A DNA stretch of 64,000 nucleotides from an uncultured Dehalococcoidia bacterium (GCA_964508175.1 CAZDRU010000042.1:53261-117260), one strand, 5' to 3'; counted from the first letter of the stretch, positions 27,726 through 37,604 are shown. Notes: generated by a model not told the origin, from the sequence alone. Numbers and translations: made by a program.

Positions 27726-28751
27726 TTATACAAATAATTTATTTACTACTTTCTCTACTCGTTCAGCATTAGGTATATAAAGACTCTCTAAATGCTGTGG
27801 GTATGGAACAGGAGTATGCGGTGCATTTACTCGCAAAGGTGGAGCATCTAAATAATCAAATGCTTCTTCAGTCATTACAGCAGCAATTTCTGAAGCAACA
27901 CTGCATCTTGGAGTATCTTCATCAACAATAACTAATCGACTTGTTTTTTTCACAGATTCTAAAATTAAATCATAATCAATTGGAGACACACTTAATAAAT
28001 CAATAACTTCAGCATTAATATCTGATTTCAACAAATTATTTGCAGCCTCCATTGCTATAGAAGTCATACGAGCCATTCCAACAATAGTAACATCTGTTCC
28101 TTCCTTAAGAATTCTTCCTTTACCAATCGGCAAAGTATATGATTCTTCAGGAACTTCTCCTTTTTCTGGATACAATAATTTATGTTCACAAAAAATAACA
28201 GGGTCATCATCACGTATTGCAGATAACAAAAGTCCTTTTGCAGTATAAGGATCAGAAGGTAATACACATTTCAATCCAGGAAAATGTGAAAAAACCGAAT
28301 AAAATGATTGGGAATGCTGTGCTGCTGAACGAGTTCCTGCGCCAATTCTAGTAAGTAGTGTAATAGGAACTTTAATTTGACTACCATACATATAACGCAT
28401 TTTTGCAGCATTACTTAAAATAGGATCTGCAGCAACTCCAAAAAAATCAGAAAACATTAACTCTGCTATAGGACGACTACCCACAGTAGCTGCACCAACA
28501 GCTGCACCAATAAATCCAGCCTCAGATATTGGAGTATCTAAAACTCTTTTTCTGCCAAATTTTTGAATTAAACCTCTGGTAGTTCTAAAAGCTCCTCCCC
28601 AAGCATCTTCAATACCTAAATGTTCCCTACCTGCCCCTCCAGCTATTTCTTCTCCTATAATAAATATCGAAGGATCTGCTTCCATTTCTTGAAGTAAAGC
28701 TTCATTTATAGCTTCTCGATATTCTAACTGTCTACCATTTGATATTGCCAT
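27726..28751 (-). CDS. 2-oxoacid (pyruvate/acetoin-type) dehydrogenase E1 component beta subunit
   Basis: REAINEAL..EM..DP..F.IGEE, VLDTPISEAGFIGAAVGAA, transketolase-like C-terminal domain. Confidence 0.85.
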   Translation of the reverse strand: MAISNGRQLEYREAINEALLQEMEADPSIFIIGEEIAGGAGREHLGIEDAWGGAFRTTRGLIQKFGRKRVLDTPISEAGFIGAAVGAATVGSRPIAELMFSDFFGVAADPILSNAAKMRYMYGSQIKVPITLLTRIGAGTRSAAQHSQSFYSVFSHFPGLKCVLPSDPYTAKGLLLSAIRDDDPVIFCEHKLLYPEKGEVPEESYTLPIGKGRILKEGTDVTIVGMARMTSIAMEAANNLLKSDINAEVIDLLSVSPIDYDLILESVKKTSRLVIVDEDTPRCSVASEIAAVMTEEAFDYLDAPPLRVNAPHTPVPYPQHLESLYIPNAERVEKVVNKLFV

Positions 28752-28774
28752 TTTATTACTTCCTTTTTATATAA

Positions 28775-29782
28775 CTATATTTCTAAATGAGTTCCTCTTG
28801 TAAGCAACTCTTGAGGATAATCAACATAAACATTTGTTAATAATTCACCTTTTTCCGGCAAAGAACTATCATCAGCTAATTTAACAGCATCTTCAATTAA
28901 ATCTGCCACTTCAGTATCTATTGAATTCATATCATCAGATTTTAATAATTTATTTTTTTCCATGTTTTTTCGAAATAGTATTAACGGATCTCTTGCTCTC
29001 CATTCTTGTTCTTCTTCTTTCGTTCTATAAGTAAGTGGATTATCCATAGCGGTATGCCCATAATAGCGATAAGTTAAAAATTCTAATAAAGTTGGCCCTT
29101 GCCCAGCTCTTGCTCTTCCTACAGCTTCTCCAGCAGAATCATAAACTTTCAAAACATCCATTCCATCAACAGTTTCACCAGGCATTGAATATGCTGCCGC
29201 TCTATCACTAATTTTTTCTACAGATGTTGCATAATCAACAGGAGTAGATTCTGCATATATATTATTTTCACAAACAAAAATTACAGGCAATTTCCATATA
29301 GCTGCTAAATTCATACTCTCATGTAATACACCTTGATTTGCTCCTCCGTCTCCAAAGAAAGCTACTGCTACAAGATCTTTACCTTGGATATATGCAGATA
29401 GAGCAGCTCCAACAGCTAAAGGAACTCCTCCAGCAACAATTCCATTCGCTCCTAACATTCCTCTACTCATATCAGCAATATGCATAGAACCACCTTTCCC
29501 TTCATTTGTTCCTATGGATTTGCCAAACAATTCAGCCATCATTAATTTAGGGTCAACACCCTTAGCAATACAATGACCATGCCCTCTATGAGTACTTGCT
29601 ATATAATCTTCTTGTCTTAAATGCGCACAAACACCTGTCGAAACAGCTTCTTCACCTGCTGAAGAATGTACAGAACCAGTCAAAGCTCTTTGTGCTACTT
29701 CTCCAACTCCTCGGATTTCGAATTCCCTTATTGTTTTCATTGTCCTATAAATATCTAGTAATTTTTCTTTCGTTATTTCCAT
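28775..29782 (-). CDS. 2-oxoacid (pyruvate/acetoin-type) dehydrogenase E1 component alpha subunit
   Basis: TPP-binding motif FFGDGGANQGVLHESMNLAAIWKLPVIFVCENN. YRYYGHTAMD. Confidence 0.85.
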   Translation of the reverse strand: MEITKEKLLDIYRTMKTIREFEIRGVGEVAQRALTGSVHSSAGEEAVSTGVCAHLRQEDYIASTHRGHGHCIAKGVDPKLMMAELFGKSIGTNEGKGGSMHIADMSRGMLGANGIVAGGVPLAVGAALSAYIQGKDLVAVAFFGDGGANQGVLHESMNLAAIWKLPVIFVCENNIYAESTPVDYATSVEKISDRAAAYSMPGETVDGMDVLKVYDSAGEAVGRARAGQGPTLLEFLTYRYYGHTAMDNPLTYRTKEEEQEWRARDPLILFRKNMEKNKLLKSDDMNSIDTEVADLIEDAVKLADDSSLPEKGELLTNVYVDYPQELLTRGTHLEI

Positions 29783-29820
29783 AATTTACTCCAAAATATG
29801 CATAACTATTAGTCAAAGAG

Positions 29821-29850
29821 ATCTTAACCACGCTAGTTGACTTGTGTCAA
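29821..29850 (-). promoter_or_regulatory. Candidate promoter for the E1 alpha/beta genes
   Basis: On the minus strand: TTGACA (rc of 29845-29850), 18-nt spacer, TAAGAT (rc of 29821-29826). It sits inside an 8-bp inverted repeat, AAAGAGAT (29815-29822) / ATCTCTTT (29859-29866). Confidence 0.3.
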
Positions 29851-29905
29851 ATTGAAATATCTCTTTTAATGTAATTGATTATATTCAACGTTAGAATTTC
29901 AATCC

Positions 29906-30127
29906 CTAATAAGAAAAACGAGCACTTAAGGTAGCAAGTACAATAAATACTATACTAAGCCCAATAGTAAATTGAAATAACGTTTTTTCGAAACCTCTTC
30001 TTGTTCGAGGGGTTCCTGTAGCTCCTCCAAAAATACCACCACCACCTTCTTTAACTTGTAACAAAATAACTAATATAAGTAAGGCAGCAACAATTACTTG
30101 TGGTATGAGAAATATTGTATTATTCAT
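29906..30127 (-). CDS. secG: Preprotein translocase subunit SecG
   Basis: 73 aa, two TM helices, LLQVKEGGGGIFGG motif. Confidence 0.8.
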   Translation of the reverse strand: MNNTIFLIPQVIVAALLILVILLQVKEGGGGIFGGATGTPRTRRGFEKTLFQFTIGLSIVFIVLATLSARFSY

Positions 30128-30144
30128 AAATAATTAAATTCCAT

Positions 30145-31620
30145 TCATTTGTTTTTTAATTTCTTTATTAAAATATCACTTACAGTCCCAGGATTAGCCT
30201 GGCCTCTAGTAAGTTTCATAACTTGTCCAATTAAATATTTTATTGCAGTTTCTTTCCCTGAAACATAATCATCAATTGCTTGTTTATTTGTCATAAGTAC
30301 TTCATCAATCGTTGAACTAAGAACATCAGAATCATCAATTTGTTTATATTTTCGTTTCTCTACTATTAATTCTGGGTCTTCTTGTAATTCAAAAGATTCA
30401 CTAAGAACTCGTTTAACTAACTTTGAATTCAATATGCCTCTATTATTTAATTGTACTATTTTTGCAAGATATTGTGGAGGCATAGGAGAATTTTCTATAG
30501 AAATATTTTTTTCATTTAACAAACGAGAAAGGTCTCCTAATATAAGATTTGCTACTGTTTTTGCTGTTTTCTGAAGATCTTGGTCATCAACATTACAATA
30601 TTTTAAACACTCCTCAAAATAAAAAACGTTCTGTTTTTTATTTGTTAATAAAGCAACATCATATTCATTAAGAGAATATTCCTTAACAAAACGTTCTGCA
30701 ATTTCATAATGTAATTCAGGTAAATTTGTTTTTATTTTATTAACAACCTCATCTTCAATACTTAACAAAGGTAAATCTGGCTCAGGCAAATATCTATAAT
30801 CATGAGCATCTTCTTTAGTTCTTTGACTAAATGTAATTCCCTTAGTATCAAGCCAACCTCTAGTCTCTTGAACAACAACATTCTTATTATTAAGAACTTC
30901 TTGCTGTCTTTCAAATTCAAATACTAAAGAATCATGGACTGACTTGAAACTATTAAGATTCTTTATTTCAACTTTAGGCATCAAATATTTTTCTCCTCTA
31001 GGTCTAATACTTATATTAGCATCACAACGGAAGCTACCTTCTTCCATATTTCCTGTACTAACTTCAAGATATTGAAGAATAATTCTTAAATTCATTAAAT
31101 ATTCTATTGCTTCTTCGGGAGTTCGAAGATCAGGATGACTAACAATTTCCATCAAAGGAATACCAGAACGATTCAAATCTATCAAAGAATAGGAAGTTTC
31201 TTGTGAAGATTGAGTAACATGTTGTAATTTCGCAACATCTTCTTCAAGGTGTACTCTTAATATTCGAATTTTTCTTTTTTGCTTATTTATAAGAAGATCT
31301 ATATAGCCTTCACTTGCAATTGGTTGATCATATTGAGAAATTTGATATCCCTTCATTAAATCTGGATAAACATAATTTTTCCTATCAAATTTAGTTTCTT
31401 TATTAATAGAACAATTAAGTGCAAACCCTGTTTTAATTGCACTAAATACAGCGCTTTTGTTTATTATCGGCAAACTTCCAGGAAACCCTTCACATACTGG
31501 ACAAACTTTACTATTAGGAATTGCTTCTTGATAATCATTTGGACAACTACAAAACATCTTACTTTCAGTAAGAATTTGTGAGTGCACCTCTAATCCAATA
31601 ACCGCTTCGTATTCAATCAT
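30145..31620 (-). CDS. gatB: Asp/Glu-tRNA amidotransferase subunit B
   Basis: YEAVIGLEVHSQI, CPVCEGFPGSLP, FDRKNYVYPDL, C-terminal YqeY-like domain. Confidence 0.95.
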   Translation of the reverse strand: MIEYEAVIGLEVHSQILTESKMFCSCPNDYQEAIPNSKVCPVCEGFPGSLPIINKSAVFSAIKTGFALNCSINKETKFDRKNYVYPDLMKGYQISQYDQPIASEGYIDLLINKQKRKIRILRVHLEEDVAKLQHVTQSSQETSYSLIDLNRSGIPLMEIVSHPDLRTPEEAIEYLMNLRIILQYLEVSTGNMEEGSFRCDANISIRPRGEKYLMPKVEIKNLNSFKSVHDSLVFEFERQQEVLNNKNVVVQETRGWLDTKGITFSQRTKEDAHDYRYLPEPDLPLLSIEDEVVNKIKTNLPELHYEIAERFVKEYSLNEYDVALLTNKKQNVFYFEECLKYCNVDDQDLQKTAKTVANLILGDLSRLLNEKNISIENSPMPPQYLAKIVQLNNRGILNSKLVKRVLSESFELQEDPELIVEKRKYKQIDDSDVLSSTIDEVLMTNKQAIDDYVSGKETAIKYLIGQVMKLTRGQANPGTVSDILIKKLKNK

Positions 31621-31778
31621 CTTGTTATTTTATTCTACCCTTAGGAAAGTTTCCACCAAAATACATGATATAACATCATGAAAATCTCATATGTAAGACA
31701 ACTAAAAAAAGAGTTCCACTAAAAAAAATTAATCTTAAGACTAGACTTTACTATAAAAAAAGTTAATGATTATTATTA

Positions 31779-32186
31779 ATGGCAAAGAATTTATTTTTCG
31801 AAATCAAAAAACTGATTTTTCTCACAATAGGATTAATATGTTTAGGACTAGGAATATTGGGATATATACTGCCAGGATTACCGGGTACTATATTTTTAAT
31901 TATATCCGTTGCTTGTTTTATTAGATCATCTGAAAAACTATATAAGTTTGTCATAAATAATCGCATATTTGGGAAATTGATTCGAGATTATAGAGAATCA
32001 AAAGCAATGCCTAAAAAAGCGAAAATAATCTCAATATCGATGATTTGGATATTTTCTTTATTTTCGGTTTTTTGCATTCCTTTTATACCATTTTGCGCTC
32101 CTTATGGATGGGAATTTAAAATCCCAATTTTACTACTTGCACTGATAGGAACTATCTATATAAGTAAAATTAAAAGTATATCTTAA
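31779..32186 (+). CDS. DUF454 (YbaN-like) inner-membrane protein
   Basis: GLGILGYILPGLPGTIFLIISVACFIRSSEKLYKFV pattern. 135 aa with 3-4 TM helices. Confidence 0.6.
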   Translation: MAKNLFFEIKKLIFLTIGLICLGLGILGYILPGLPGTIFLIISVACFIRSSEKLYKFVINNRIFGKLIRDYRESKAMPKKAKIISISMIWIFSLFSVFCIPFIPFCAPYGWEFKIPILLLALIGTIYISKIKSIS

Positions 32187-32197
32187 AAAAATGTTTA

Positions 32198-32641
32198 TTA
32201 TTCAATATAACCAATTTTTAAAACAGGCCATATTCGCATAGGAAATCTTCCAACTATTTGTTCGAATAATATAGGTCCAAAATGCCTACTATCAGTACTA
32301 TATTTATGAAAATCTCCACAAACAAAATATTGGTTGCTTGTTAATTTCCATGATTTTTTGATTTCCTTATTTGAATAATAATCATTAATTGGCAATTCCG
32401 AAGACTTAATTCCGTCAATAAAAATTTGGCCATTTTTTACCTGGACATTATCACCAGGCAAACCAACAATTCTTTTTATAAGCAAAGATCTGCTAGAATT
32501 TTTTCTTTTCAATATTACTATTTCGTTTCGATTCAATTCGTCTTTAGTATAGTTATACGTACTAAATAAAAGAACATCTCCATTTTTTATAACTGGAAAC
32601 ATACTCGAACCACGAACAATAATAATTTTCATACGTATCAA
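32198..32641 (-). CDS. sodX: S26-family signal-peptidase-like protease, probable NiSOD maturation protease
   Basis: Ser motif RGSSMFPVI, Lys motif LIKRIVGLPGD, no TM anchor. Immediately downstream of sodN. Confidence 0.65.
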   Translation of the reverse strand: MIRMKIIIVRGSSMFPVIKNGDVLLFSTYNYTKDELNRNEIVILKRKNSSRSLLIKRIVGLPGDNVQVKNGQIFIDGIKSSELPINDYYSNKEIKKSWKLTSNQYFVCGDFHKYSTDSRHFGPILFEQIVGRFPMRIWPVLKIGYIE

Positions 32642-32676
32642 TAAAAAAAACGTCTTTTAAATCAAATTTTCATGAA

Positions 32677-33156
32677 TTAAGCAGTATAAATTAAGGAGCC
32701 TCCTCCAGTTTGATTTGAATCATTTTCAACTGTTTTAACTCCTTTGGTGTCCCAGAATATCTTAGAAATTTCTTTTACTGAAACAAGTAGATCTTCTGCA
32801 GCTGCTTTATTAATTTCTTGACGAACTTTGGAGGCTGCTTTCATGGCATTCCAAAAATGCGTGTGGAGATCCGGATGTTTTTCTAAATGTTCTGGTTTAA
32901 AATAATCTCCCCAAATAATTCTTAATTCTTGCTTACATAATTCAGCAGATTCTTCTTTAACTGCAATATATCTTGATAATTTAGCATCCTTACCTGCTGA
33001 ATCAAGATCTTCAATTAATTGATTCATTCTAACTGTTGTCAATGCTGCTATTTGAGCTAAATGTGGATCATAAATCCCACAGGGAATATCACAGTGTGCA
33101 TAAGCAAATTCTGGAATAACTTTTTTAATAGCTTTTTTAATATTTGTTATATTCAT
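32677..33156 (-). CDS. sodN: Nickel superoxide dismutase precursor
   Basis: 20-aa leader MNITNIKKAIKKVIPEFAYA followed by the Ni-hook HCDIPCGIYDP. Four-helix-bundle-sized body (159 aa). Confidence 0.9.
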   Translation of the reverse strand: MNITNIKKAIKKVIPEFAYAHCDIPCGIYDPHLAQIAALTTVRMNQLIEDLDSAGKDAKLSRYIAVKEESAELCKQELRIIWGDYFKPEHLEKHPDLHTHFWNAMKAASKVRQEINKAAAEDLLVSVKEISKIFWDTKGVKTVENDSNQTGGGSLIYTA

Positions 33157-33264
33157 AACTTACCTCTCATATCTAATTTTTCTTCAGAGTACACGAAGGG
33201 GATTTTTTTTACAAGTTAATTAATAAAAATATGAATTTTTGTTAAAAAATAGTAGTAAACAAGA

Positions 33265-33294
33265 TTGATAACAAAAAAGTCCAAGTGCTATCAT
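33265..33294 (+). promoter_or_regulatory. Candidate promoter for the aquaporin gene
   Basis: TTGATA (33265-33270), 18-nt spacer, TATCAT (33289-33294). Confidence 0.35.
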
Positions 33295-33346
33295 GAAACT
33301 AAATTATTCGAAAAATTATATACCAAATTTTGGAGGTAACTGTTAA

Positions 33347-34048
33347 ATGAATGAATTTAAAAACATCGCTACATTAAAAGAATGTGTTGCAGAATTTATT
33401 GCTGTACTTCTTTTTGTTTTTCTCGGAGCAGGTGTAGTCGTATCTAGTGGCATATTATCATCAGATGCCTTAACTCCTGCAAGATTAATTGCAATTGCAC
33501 TAGGAAATGGATTTACTATATGTATCCTTGTATATGCAACTGCACATATATCCGGAGGACATATCAATCCAGCAGTTACTATCGCAACAGTCATAACTGG
33601 AAAAACTTCTTTTGTAAAAGGAATTATGTTCATAATTGCTCAAGTTCTAGGGGCAATAGTTGGAGCTTATATGCTAGGATCTGCAGTTCCAGAAGCTGTA
33701 CAAGGGTCTCTAGGATCTCATTCTTTAGCACAAGGAATAACCGTTCCTGCAGGATTACTCACTGAAATAATTTTAACCTTTGTATTAGTTTTTGTAATAT
33801 TTGCAACAGCAACAGATAATAGAGCAATAAATAAAATGGCTCCATTGGCAATCGGCTTAGCGGTAGTTGTTGCACATCTAGTTGGAGTCCCTATAACAGG
33901 AACTGGACTTAACCCTGCAAGAAGCATAGGACCTGCAATAGTATCAGGAACATGGATAAATCACTGGATTTATTGGGTAGGTCCAATTATAGGTGGGATG
34001 TTAGCAGGTCTCGTTTACGAAGCAATATTTGCTCAAAAAAAGAAATAA
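33347..34048 (+). CDS. MIP-family channel (aquaporin/aquaglyceroporin)
   Basis: Two NPA boxes (GGHINPAVT, GTGLNPARS), six TM helices, GGAGG RBS 10 nt upstream. Confidence 0.9.
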   Translation: MNEFKNIATLKECVAEFIAVLLFVFLGAGVVVSSGILSSDALTPARLIAIALGNGFTICILVYATAHISGGHINPAVTIATVITGKTSFVKGIMFIIAQVLGAIVGAYMLGSAVPEAVQGSLGSHSLAQGITVPAGLLTEIILTFVLVFVIFATATDNRAINKMAPLAIGLAVVVAHLVGVPITGTGLNPARSIGPAIVSGTWINHWIYWVGPIIGGMLAGLVYEAIFAQKKK

Positions 34049-34064
34049 ATTCTCCATAAATTTA

Positions 34065-34433
34065 TTAATATTTATATTCTTCTCGCACAGGTGAAAAGAT
34101 ATCTAATGCCTGGCAAGAATCCCCGTGTGGTTTAGCATAATGAACTGCATCACCTGGGATAATATATATATCACCTTTTTTCAGAATACGTTTTTCTCCA
34201 TTAATACCTAATTCCATTTCTCCTTCCAAAACAATTCCAGCTTGTTCATTAGGATGAGTATGTTCGGGAACTAAAGAATCTTTATTTAAATCTACAATAG
34301 ACAACATTACTTTATCTCCCCAAAAAGTACGAAGATTCACTCCTGGAAATCGTTCTTTTGTTTCTCGTTCAGAAGGCACATGATAATAATCAGACAAGAC
34401 ATCCCCCTTTTTAATAAAAAAATAATCAAACAA
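34065..34433 (-). CDS. Cupin-domain protein
   Basis: Cupin motifs PEHTHPNEQAGIVLEGEMEL and GDIYIIPGDAVHYAKP. Confidence 0.6.
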   Translation of the reverse strand: MFDYFFIKKGDVLSDYYHVPSERETKERFPGVNLRTFWGDKVMLSIVDLNKDSLVPEHTHPNEQAGIVLEGEMELGINGEKRILKKGDIYIIPGDAVHYAKPHGDSCQALDIFSPVREEYKY

Positions 34434-34547
34434 TTATAAGTATATTGTTTGATTTCTTACAATACTAAAAATTTATTTCGAAGAAATAGTAATCTCCTTA
34501 GTTGCGTTGTTCAAGAAGAAAAGAGATAATTCACAAAAAGGATATTT

Positions 34548-35951
34548 ATGCTTGTCAAAACTAAATACATATTTGTCTTTTATGCTTTCCTCATAATAAT
34601 TACAACTATTATTCCTTTAACTCTATTTAAAATTACTTATGCCGACACTAATATTACTATCGATTCTATTAGCGTAAAAAGCGATTTCCCCAAAAACATT
34701 ATTTTTGAAATAAACGCTCAGGCCTCTGAAGAGATTAATACAATCAAAATTGAATACAAAGCAGTTGAAGGACGTAGTACATCTTACGGATATGCTGACT
34801 TCGAAAACGGAGAAAAAGTTGAAGCAATATATAATTTACCAACTTCAAGCGGTCAAGGATTTATTCCACCAGGAACCAAAATAACTTATCAAATTGAAAT
34901 TATTACGTCTTCTGGCAAAATTCTCAAAAGCAAAAAATCAGAATTTACTTATTTTGACAATCGATTTGAATGGTCCACTTTAAAAAATGAGTGGGCAATA
35001 GTTCATTATTATGGACCAACTAAATCTCGTGCAGAGATTATTTTAAAAACCACAACTAATACAATAACAGATATGAGCACACTCCTAGGAATCAGTGACA
35101 TCCAACCTATAACTGTAGTTGCCTATAATAACGTTCGACATATGTCATCAGCTTTACCTAAAAGAGCTGCTGCAGTTGCACAAGATTTAGTCACTGAAGG
35201 AACTGCATGGCCAGATAAACGAACAGTACTTGTTATGGCTTTTGGAGAAACTTTTGCCGGAATAACTGCTCATGAAGTAATGCATGTGCTCGTTCACGAC
35301 GCAGCAAAACATGTTTATGCAGCAATTCCTACTTGGTTAAATGAAGGCCTTGCTGAATATGCAAATTTTGAATCCTCTTCAAGTTATGCACAATCTCTTG
35401 CTTATGCAATTTTTACAAGAAAACTAAAACCAATTTGGTACCTTCAAACATTTTCTGGAACCCCTGACGAAATTCTGATTGCATATGGACATTCAAAAAG
35501 TGTTGTGAGTTTTTTGATCAAAACATTTGGCGAAAAAAAACTAGCTATTTTAATGAAAGAATTGCAAAAAAATCCTGACATAGATCAAGCCCTACAAACA
35601 ACCTATGGATTCAATCAACACGGATTAGATAGTCAATGGCGTAAATCGATAGGTTTAGAACCTTTACCAAATCCAAAAGAACTAGAAAAAATTCAAGAAA
35701 AACGAAGGACTGAATTAAAAGAAATTACTAAGGAAAAAGATAACGAAGAATCTCTCGAAACACAATCAAATCCTCAAATAAATGAAACAGATTCACAAGA
35801 AATAATAACAGAACCAATTTCTTCAAATTGTACTATACTAAAGCCAAGAAATACTACAAATGAGAATACGAGAGAAATAGGAAGTATTAGTTTTGTTCTG
35901 TTTCCAATACTATTTCTGGCGGTAAATAAATTTAGAAACCGCAAAAAATAA
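34548..35951 (+). CDS. Secreted, C-terminally anchored MA-clan zinc metallopeptidase-like protein
   Basis: N-terminal signal (…KITYA|DT), HExxH (AHEVMHVLVH) followed by WLNEGLAEYAN (Peptidase_MA-like third ligand). Acidic/polar linker, terminal TM helix with a basic tail (ISFVLFPILFLAVNKFRNRKK). Confidence 0.55.
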   Translation: MLVKTKYIFVFYAFLIIITTIIPLTLFKITYADTNITIDSISVKSDFPKNIIFEINAQASEEINTIKIEYKAVEGRSTSYGYADFENGEKVEAIYNLPTSSGQGFIPPGTKITYQIEIITSSGKILKSKKSEFTYFDNRFEWSTLKNEWAIVHYYGPTKSRAEIILKTTTNTITDMSTLLGISDIQPITVVAYNNVRHMSSALPKRAAAVAQDLVTEGTAWPDKRTVLVMAFGETFAGITAHEVMHVLVHDAAKHVYAAIPTWLNEGLAEYANFESSSSYAQSLAYAIFTRKLKPIWYLQTFSGTPDEILIAYGHSKSVVSFLIKTFGEKKLAILMKELQKNPDIDQALQTTYGFNQHGLDSQWRKSIGLEPLPNPKELEKIQEKRRTELKEITKEKDNEESLETQSNPQINETDSQEIITEPISSNCTILKPRNTTNENTREIGSISFVLFPILFLAVNKFRNRKK

Positions 35952-35976
35952 CTGCTAATAATGGGAGAAAATAATA

Positions 35977-37509
35977 ATGAGTAATGTTATAAATCCACTA
36001 GTAAGTCAACTATTTTTAGACAATCATGTTATTGAAGAAACTTCAAGAGTAAAAAAAATAATTCATAGTCCCCATAAATATTACAACAATCCTCTCTATA
36101 AAGCAGGAGCATCTTGGGAAGGGACTAGTATACACTATCTTGGCGGTGTCCATTTTGACAAAAAAGAAGGCATCCTAAAAGCATGGTATGCCGTTCTTAG
36201 TCCCTCTAAACATCCTGAAATTAAACATGCTGTTTGTATGATTACTTCGACAGACGGTATTCATTGGGAAAGACCAGAACTCGATGTATACAAAACTAGT
36301 GATGGACAATGGACCAATATAGTACTTCTTATTACACATGGTGGTGGAACAGGAGCTCCAACTATCATTTATGAACCTGAAAACACTGAAGAACCATGGA
36401 CTATGGTTCTTAGCACTACCGACGGAGAAGGTAATTGGGACTATAAAGGCTATATACTTCGTTCACCTGATGGAATTCACTGGAGATGGACTGTAAGTCA
36501 TCCAAACGGCATTAATCATAAAATGCACGACCGTTCAGCTGCGGTTAAATCTGATAATAAACAATTCCCATATACTATTATAAGTAGAGGAAGTGAAGAT
36601 CTCAGAAAATGGAAATTTGTCAGAAGTGCTCATCGTGTTGGTATTAACGAAAATGAAAAAGATGGCGATCCTACACGTGTCGTTATTCCAGATTTTCTAG
36701 ATAATCCTGAAGCTCAAGTTTATCATTGCAGTGCCTTTAAATATAACGATTTATATATTGGCACCATATATTGGTTCTGGGAATTTGATAATCCAATCGG
36801 GAACATGGAACTCATTACCAGTAGAGATACAATACACTGGGAACGAGTTGAACCCCGAACAATTTTCCTTGATCATACTCCTGAAGGAGCTAAGGTAGGG
36901 GCATTTGATAGTTATCGTGTTGAATTATCTCTTTCTGCACCGCTTGGATATAAAGAAGGAACTTTCATGAATCTTAATGAAAGTTCACTTAACTATTCCC
37001 AATTTTCTGACGCAAGTCCAAAACAAGACTCTTTGTGGTTTTACTATCTTGGTGGGCCAATTTGTCATCCTGGCCCTGATACTACTGGCCACGTAACTTC
37101 TATGTTACAACTTGGTCTTGCTGAACTCAGAGTCGATGGTTTCTGTGGATTGAGAGCTACAAAATTCCCTGGCTACATTTTTACCAAACCCATGATTTGG
37201 CCTGGTGGAGAATTAGAATTAAATCTCTCTGATCTTGGCGGCGGAGGAAATGGAAATATTAAAACTGAAGTTCTGACTGATACAATGGAAGTTATTGATG
37301 GATTTACAGCTGAAAACTCAAACAATTTAAGCAGAAGTGGTATTCAAACATGGAACGGAAAAAGTCTGAATGAATTACGTGGCAAAAATATCCGTTTTAA
37401 ATTTTGTCTTTCCAATGCTGAGCTTTTTAGTTTTAAGTCACACGGAGGAAAACCACTTATAGAAAAAAAACCAAACCCCAAAATAGAACATATGCAACTA
37501 TTCAATTAA
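35977..37509 (+). CDS. Asp-box/BNR-like beta-propeller protein, possibly glycosidase-like. Function unknown.
   Basis: Three S/T-x-D-(G/T)-I-H-W-(E/R) repeats (STDGIHWERP, SPDGIHWRWT, SRDTIHWERV). No signal peptide. GGGAG RBS 25 nt after the upstream gene. Confidence 0.35.
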   Translation: MSNVINPLVSQLFLDNHVIEETSRVKKIIHSPHKYYNNPLYKAGASWEGTSIHYLGGVHFDKKEGILKAWYAVLSPSKHPEIKHAVCMITSTDGIHWERPELDVYKTSDGQWTNIVLLITHGGGTGAPTIIYEPENTEEPWTMVLSTTDGEGNWDYKGYILRSPDGIHWRWTVSHPNGINHKMHDRSAAVKSDNKQFPYTIISRGSEDLRKWKFVRSAHRVGINENEKDGDPTRVVIPDFLDNPEAQVYHCSAFKYNDLYIGTIYWFWEFDNPIGNMELITSRDTIHWERVEPRTIFLDHTPEGAKVGAFDSYRVELSLSAPLGYKEGTFMNLNESSLNYSQFSDASPKQDSLWFYYLGGPICHPGPDTTGHVTSMLQLGLAELRVDGFCGLRATKFPGYIFTKPMIWPGGELELNLSDLGGGGNGNIKTEVLTDTMEVIDGFTAENSNNLSRSGIQTWNGKSLNELRGKNIRFKFCLSNAELFSFKSHGGKPLIEKKPNPKIEHMQLFN

Positions 37510-37604
37510 AGCTTACTGGATTCGAAACATACCAACTTAATATCAATTCGTTAAAATATAAACTAAGAATTAATTTGGCTTTGAATTTTTCAATTATTTC
37601 TATT

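Noticed and set aside
33343-33633. Antisense or alternative-frame ORFs inside well-supported genes. Examples: 33343-33633 and 33520-33765 in the aquaporin gene; 8968-9273 in the TauE gene; 18266-18695 in the BMP gene; 2048-2239 in alaS; 42707-42943 and 42711-42914 in the ThuA gene; 28064-28267 in the E1 beta gene; 52408-52662 in hisF.
   Set aside because: The translations are low-complexity or hydrophobic mirror images of the real genes, show no recognisable motifs, and are fully nested in genes with strong family signatures.
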